DNA of 32,000 nucleotides from assembly GCA_030123625.1 (NCBI GenBank), contig CP126121.1, positions 814,179 to 846,178 on the forward strand. The letters are read 5' to 3'. Shown in pieces: positions 27,815-32,000 of the stretch. Under the pieces are notes generated by a model, which saw nothing but the letters and a program-made list of their open reading frames with translations, made no database searches and had not been told where the DNA came from. The translations under genes and the position numbers were made by a program. The number at the start of each line of letters is the position of its first letter. The first letter of the stretch is position 1. The stretch comes from Nitrospira sp. Lineage in GTDB: Bacteria; Nitrospirota; Nitrospiria; Nitrospirales; Nitrospiraceae.

Positions 27815-29223
27815 GTAGCTAGCCCATCATCTGTCCGCTTTTTGTAGCACATGAAGTGTCCGGTTTACGGTGCGCCCTCAAGGAGGGCCACCATGATGCG
27901 GGCGACAGTGCTACAGGAGGTGAGACGGATGCGATTTGAAGAGTTGTATGCGCGGCGACACCGAGGGGAACTGACCATGGCGGAGGCGGCGGAGCTGTTA
28001 GGCGTCACGGAACGGACGTTTCGCCGCTGGAGCGTCCGCTACGAAACCGAGGGTGTGGAGGGATTAGAAGATCGGCGGCTGGGCCGGGCCTCGGCTCGGG
28101 CGGTGCCGGTAGATGAAGCGCTTCGGATGGTGACGTTGTATGAGACACAGTACCGGGGCTGGACCGTGAAGCATTTTCATGAGCGCTGGCACCAAGAGCA
28201 TGGGGGGACGCGCTCCTACACGTGGACGAAGAACCGGCTGCAACGGGCAGGACACGTGACTCGGGCCTCCCGGCGCGGAGCGCATCGCAAGAAGCGGCCC
28301 CGCAAACCCTTGCCGGGGATGATGCTGCACCAAGACGGATCCCGGCATGAATGGGTACCGGGATGCCAATGGGATCTGATTGTGACTCTGGATGATGCGA
28401 CCAGCGAGATGTACTCGGCCTTCTTCGTCGAAGAAGAAGGGACGATGAGCAGTTTCCGGGGTCTGCGGGAGGTCATTGAAAAACAGGGCCTGTTCAGTTC
28501 CCTCTATACCGATCGCGGCTCGCACTACTGGTATACGGAGAAGACGGGAGGCAAGGTCGATAAGACGCGGCTCACGCAGGTGCATCGGGCGCTCCGGCAA
28601 TTGGGGATCACGCTCATTGCCGCCTATTCGCCGGAAGCGCGGGGCCGTTCCGAACGGGTCTTCCGCACCCTGCAAGATCGATTGCCCAAAGAGCTGGCCC
28701 TGGCCAGGATCACCACCATCGCAGCGGCCAACCGATATCTCACCGAGCAATTTCTTCCGGCCTACAATCGGCGGTTTGCCGTGCCGGCCGTCGAAGCGGG
28801 GACGGCCTTCGTCCCCTGGATTGGTTCGAACCTGGCCGAGATTCTCTGTGTGCAGGATGAGCGGGTGGTGGCCAATGACAACACGGTGCGCTATCAGGGC
28901 CAGCATCTGCAGATTCCGCCCGATCAACACCGGTTCCATTATGTGAAGACCACCGTGCGGGTCCATGCGTATCCCGATAGTACCTTGGCCGTGTTCCATG
29001 GCCCGCGATGCTTGGCGCGGTATCAGCCGGATGGGCGGGTGATCGAATCCAAAGACGCCCCTTCAAGCCGTCGCGGCCCGACCCGCCGATCGGGCGGCCG
29101 ACCGATCGTTGATCCTAGGCCAATTGTGCGCGAAAACATTTCGGCGCACGGCTGAAATTATTCGAGCGAAATACCGGACAGATCATGTGCTACATAAACC
29201 GGACAACTTAACTTGCTATCTAC
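27815..29223 (+). mobile_element. ISNCY/IS1202-like insertion sequence (about 1409 bp)
   Basis: Terminal inverted repeats GTAGCTAGCCCATCATCTGTCCGCTTTTTGTAGCACATGAAGTGTCCGGTTTA versus reverse complement GTAGATAGCAAGTTAAGTTGTCCGGTTTATGTAGCACATGATCTGTCCGG; flanked by a 19-bp direct repeat. Confidence 0.88.
27893..29155 (+). CDS. ISNCY-family transposase (HTH + integrase core)
   Basis: LTMAEAAELLGVTERTFRRWSVRYETEGVEGLEDRRLG...VPGCQWDLIVTLDDATSEMYSAFFVEEEGTMSSFRGL...SLYTDRGSHYW...ITLIAAYSPEARGRSERVFRTLQDRLPKEL. Confidence 0.9.
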   Translation: MMRATVLQEVRRMRFEELYARRHRGELTMAEAAELLGVTERTFRRWSVRYETEGVEGLEDRRLGRASARAVPVDEALRMVTLYETQYRGWTVKHFHERWHQEHGGTRSYTWTKNRLQRAGHVTRASRRGAHRKKRPRKPLPGMMLHQDGSRHEWVPGCQWDLIVTLDDATSEMYSAFFVEEEGTMSSFRGLREVIEKQGLFSSLYTDRGSHYWYTEKTGGKVDKTRLTQVHRALRQLGITLIAAYSPEARGRSERVFRTLQDRLPKELALARITTIAAANRYLTEQFLPAYNRRFAVPAVEAGTAFVPWIGSNLAEILCVQDERVVANDNTVRYQGQHLQIPPDQHRFHYVKTTVRVHAYPDSTLAVFHGPRCLARYQPDGRVIESKDAPSSRRGPTRRSGGRPIVDPRPIVRENISAHG

Positions 29224-29242
29224 AGACCAAAACTAAACCGCT
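29224..29242. repeat. Right copy of 19-bp direct repeat flanking the ISNCY-like element
   Basis: AGACCAAAACTAAACCGCT, directly abutting the right inverted repeat. Confidence 0.9.
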
Positions 29243-29318
29243 TGCTAGTCTTATCGGTTTAGCTCAGCCTTTTCTGAAGCTAGCTGGGATACTAGATGCG
29301 AGAACGCGAAAATAAGGG

Positions 29319-30485
<1,167 letters not shown>

Positions 30486-30820
30486 TCAATGAAGATACAA
30501 GATCTTGAATCGTGCATGTTGAGACATAATGTTAGGCACGAGTAATGATCCGTGGAATGCAAGAAGCAAGTCACGCCGCACGACGAATCTTAACGGTTAG
30601 ACGAACCGTCGCACCAAGCCGAGTGAGCATGTCAATGAGTGTGGTGGTGAAGAAGTCGATATGCCAGAGATCGCGGACGCGCGGCCGACCTTATGATCAT
30701 AGTCAGACTTGGCTATTGAGTGAGGAGTTTGTGTCCATGGATTCCGCCGACTCCTTCCCCCCTCACTACGCGCATGGATTGATCGTTCTGCAACCGTGAG
30801 AAGAATGTCCGCGAAGCCTG

Positions 30821-31033
30821 TCACACCGAAACTTCAACATATTCCACTTGGCTGCTTGGTGGTGGGATGGGCAGACTGTCTGCGCGAAGACCATCCAAAT
30901 GGAATTCTATCGCTTCGCGAATCATCGTTTCAGTTTCCTGGATCGTCGCACCGGTCGCAACACACCCAGGCAGGTCCGGCACATAGGCTGCGTAGTTAGA
31001 GGCGGCTTTTTCAATTACGATTGCATAGCGCAT
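30821..31033 (-). CDS. hicB: HicB-type antitoxin (module 2)
   Basis: MRYAIVIEKAASNYAAYVPDLPGCVATGATIQETETMIREAIEFHLDGLRADSLPIPPPSS. Confidence 0.92.
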   Translation of the reverse strand: MRYAIVIEKAASNYAAYVPDLPGCVATGATIQETETMIREAIEFHLDGLRADSLPIPPPSSQVEYVEVSV

Positions 31034-31043
31034 AATGGATCCT

Positions 31044-31232
31044 CTATTTCTTCCATCCAGCCTGTTTGAAGATACTGTTCAATGTTCCAGGTGACAACTC
31101 GTCGCTCGGCTTGCCTGCGACTGTCACTCGACCAGGCTTTATGGGATGCTTAAATTGTCGATGACTTCCCTTCGTGGCAACCAGATACCAGCTGTCCTCT
31201 CGCAATCGATCGAGAACCTGGCTGACTTTCAC
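31044..31232 (-). CDS. hicA: HicA-type toxin (module 2), GTG start
   Basis: MKVSQVLDRLREDSWYLVATKGSHRQFKHPIKPGRVTVAGKPSDELSPGTLNSIFKQAGWKK. Confidence 0.92.
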   Translation of the reverse strand: MKVSQVLDRLREDSWYLVATKGSHRQFKHPIKPGRVTVAGKPSDELSPGTLNSIFKQAGWKK

Positions 31233-31489
31233 GAAGCCAGCATACCTCAGTAGGAGCGAGAATCCAAGAACTGGAGACAGATATGAAAGCCCTACAGGCT
31301 ACAAATGGATGTAATGAGTCCGCCCTCTTACTCAATCATCGTGAGCATTTGAGTTCACCCTCATCGAAAAACAACGGATACAAACTACCTATGGTCTGCC
31401 ACCTTTCGTCGTTCGCCACGCAATCACAGCGGCGCCGAGAAGCATGAGCGAGTCGAGTATGAATGGGGCGCCGGGAAGTTCAAAAGAAG

Positions 31490-31517
31490 TGCTAAGTGTT
31501 GAGTGCTGAGTGCTGAG
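31490..31517. repeat. Short heptanucleotide tandem repeat (TGCTGAG x4, two units with one mismatch)
   Basis: TGCTAAG TGTTGAG TGCTGAG TGCTGAG. Confidence 0.85.
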
Positions 31518-31708
31518 AATGAAATCAGATCGGATGAAGTAGGCGAAGGTCTGCGTGAAGAGGGTCGGGCCGATCGGGCCCCCATGCGGCTCACGATCGC
31601 GTTCGGTTGAACTATCTGCACTGATAAGTCGAGCTGAGTTGACAGGTTTCACAAGCGCCCATAGAATCAGTTCAATACGCGCCGTCCGCGCGGAGGACTG
31701 GAGAAGCC

Positions 31709-31915
31709 ATGAGGCACATCTCGGCTCACTATGATGGAGAGAAAGTCGTCCTGGACGAACCAGTGTTACTTTCCGCTAATACGCCGGTTAAGGTCGTTAT
31801 CCCGGATTCCGAAGAAGAACTGATGGCCCTCAAGACCGACGTATTCCTCGCCTCCTTACCCAGCCTCGCGCGAATCTGGAACAACCCTCGCGATGCCGAA
31901 TATGACAAGTTATGA
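31709..31915 (+). CDS. Small antitoxin-like protein of a MazEF-type module
   Basis: MRHISAHYDGEKVVLDEPVLLSANTPVKVVIPDSEEELMALKTDVFLASLPSLARIWNNPRDAEYDKL; overlaps the start of a MazF-like ORF. Confidence 0.75.
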   Translation: MRHISAHYDGEKVVLDEPVLLSANTPVKVVIPDSEEELMALKTDVFLASLPSLARIWNNPRDAEYDKL

Positions 31916-32000
31916 CCGGGGCGATGTCGTCCTGGCCATCTTGCCGTTCTCGGATTTAACAGGAATCAAACAACGTCCGGCTGTTGTGGTGAGTGCCTCT
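31902..32000 (+). CDS. MazF/PemK-like toxin, truncated by window edge
   Basis: MTSYDRGDVVLAILPFSDLTGIKQRPAVVVSAS, characteristic N-terminus of PemK/MazF toxins. Confidence 0.85.
   Translation, partial: MTSYDRGDVVLAILPFSDLTGIKQRPAVVVSAS

Noticed and set aside
28064-28999. 311-aa antisense ORF in the ISNCY transposase
   Set aside because: Complement of a clear transposase with conserved motifs.

Overview
This window reads as the core nitrification locus of a comammox-type Nitrospira, followed by a decaying mobile/toxin-antitoxin island. On the + strand are three tandem AmoD/AmoE-family genes of identical length (195 aa each), copC, a multidomain copD-like gene, amoC, amoA, amoB, an uncharacterised polytopic membrane protein and a YiiM-like MOSC protein. 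On the - strand, convergent with these, is a complete System I cytochrome c maturation operon (ccmABCDEFGHI), then haoA, haoB, cycA (c554) and cycB (cM552 / NapC-NirT type). From about 22.4 kb the character changes: a 5'-truncated dicarboxylate symporter gene, DUF433/DUF5615 TA, two different hicAB modules, a frameshifted relBE/parDE-like relic, a MazF-like module running off the edge, a partial duplication of a DUF2127-like gene, an IS5-family element, an ISNCY/IS1202-like element with a 19-bp flanking direct repeat, and an IS110-type transposase with an in-frame stop. Points most worth follow-up: the three equal-length AmoD/E paralogs, the CopD-cytochrome c-thioredoxin-like fusion, an orphan ISNCY end between amoB and the next gene, a long TSD at the intact copy of that element, a hairpin just upstream of the haoA RBS, and the density of TA modules. 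No CRISPR array, rRNA or tRNA was recognised. All family assignments come from reading the sequence, with no database search. Coordinates of small motifs were counted by hand and may be off by 1-2 nt.
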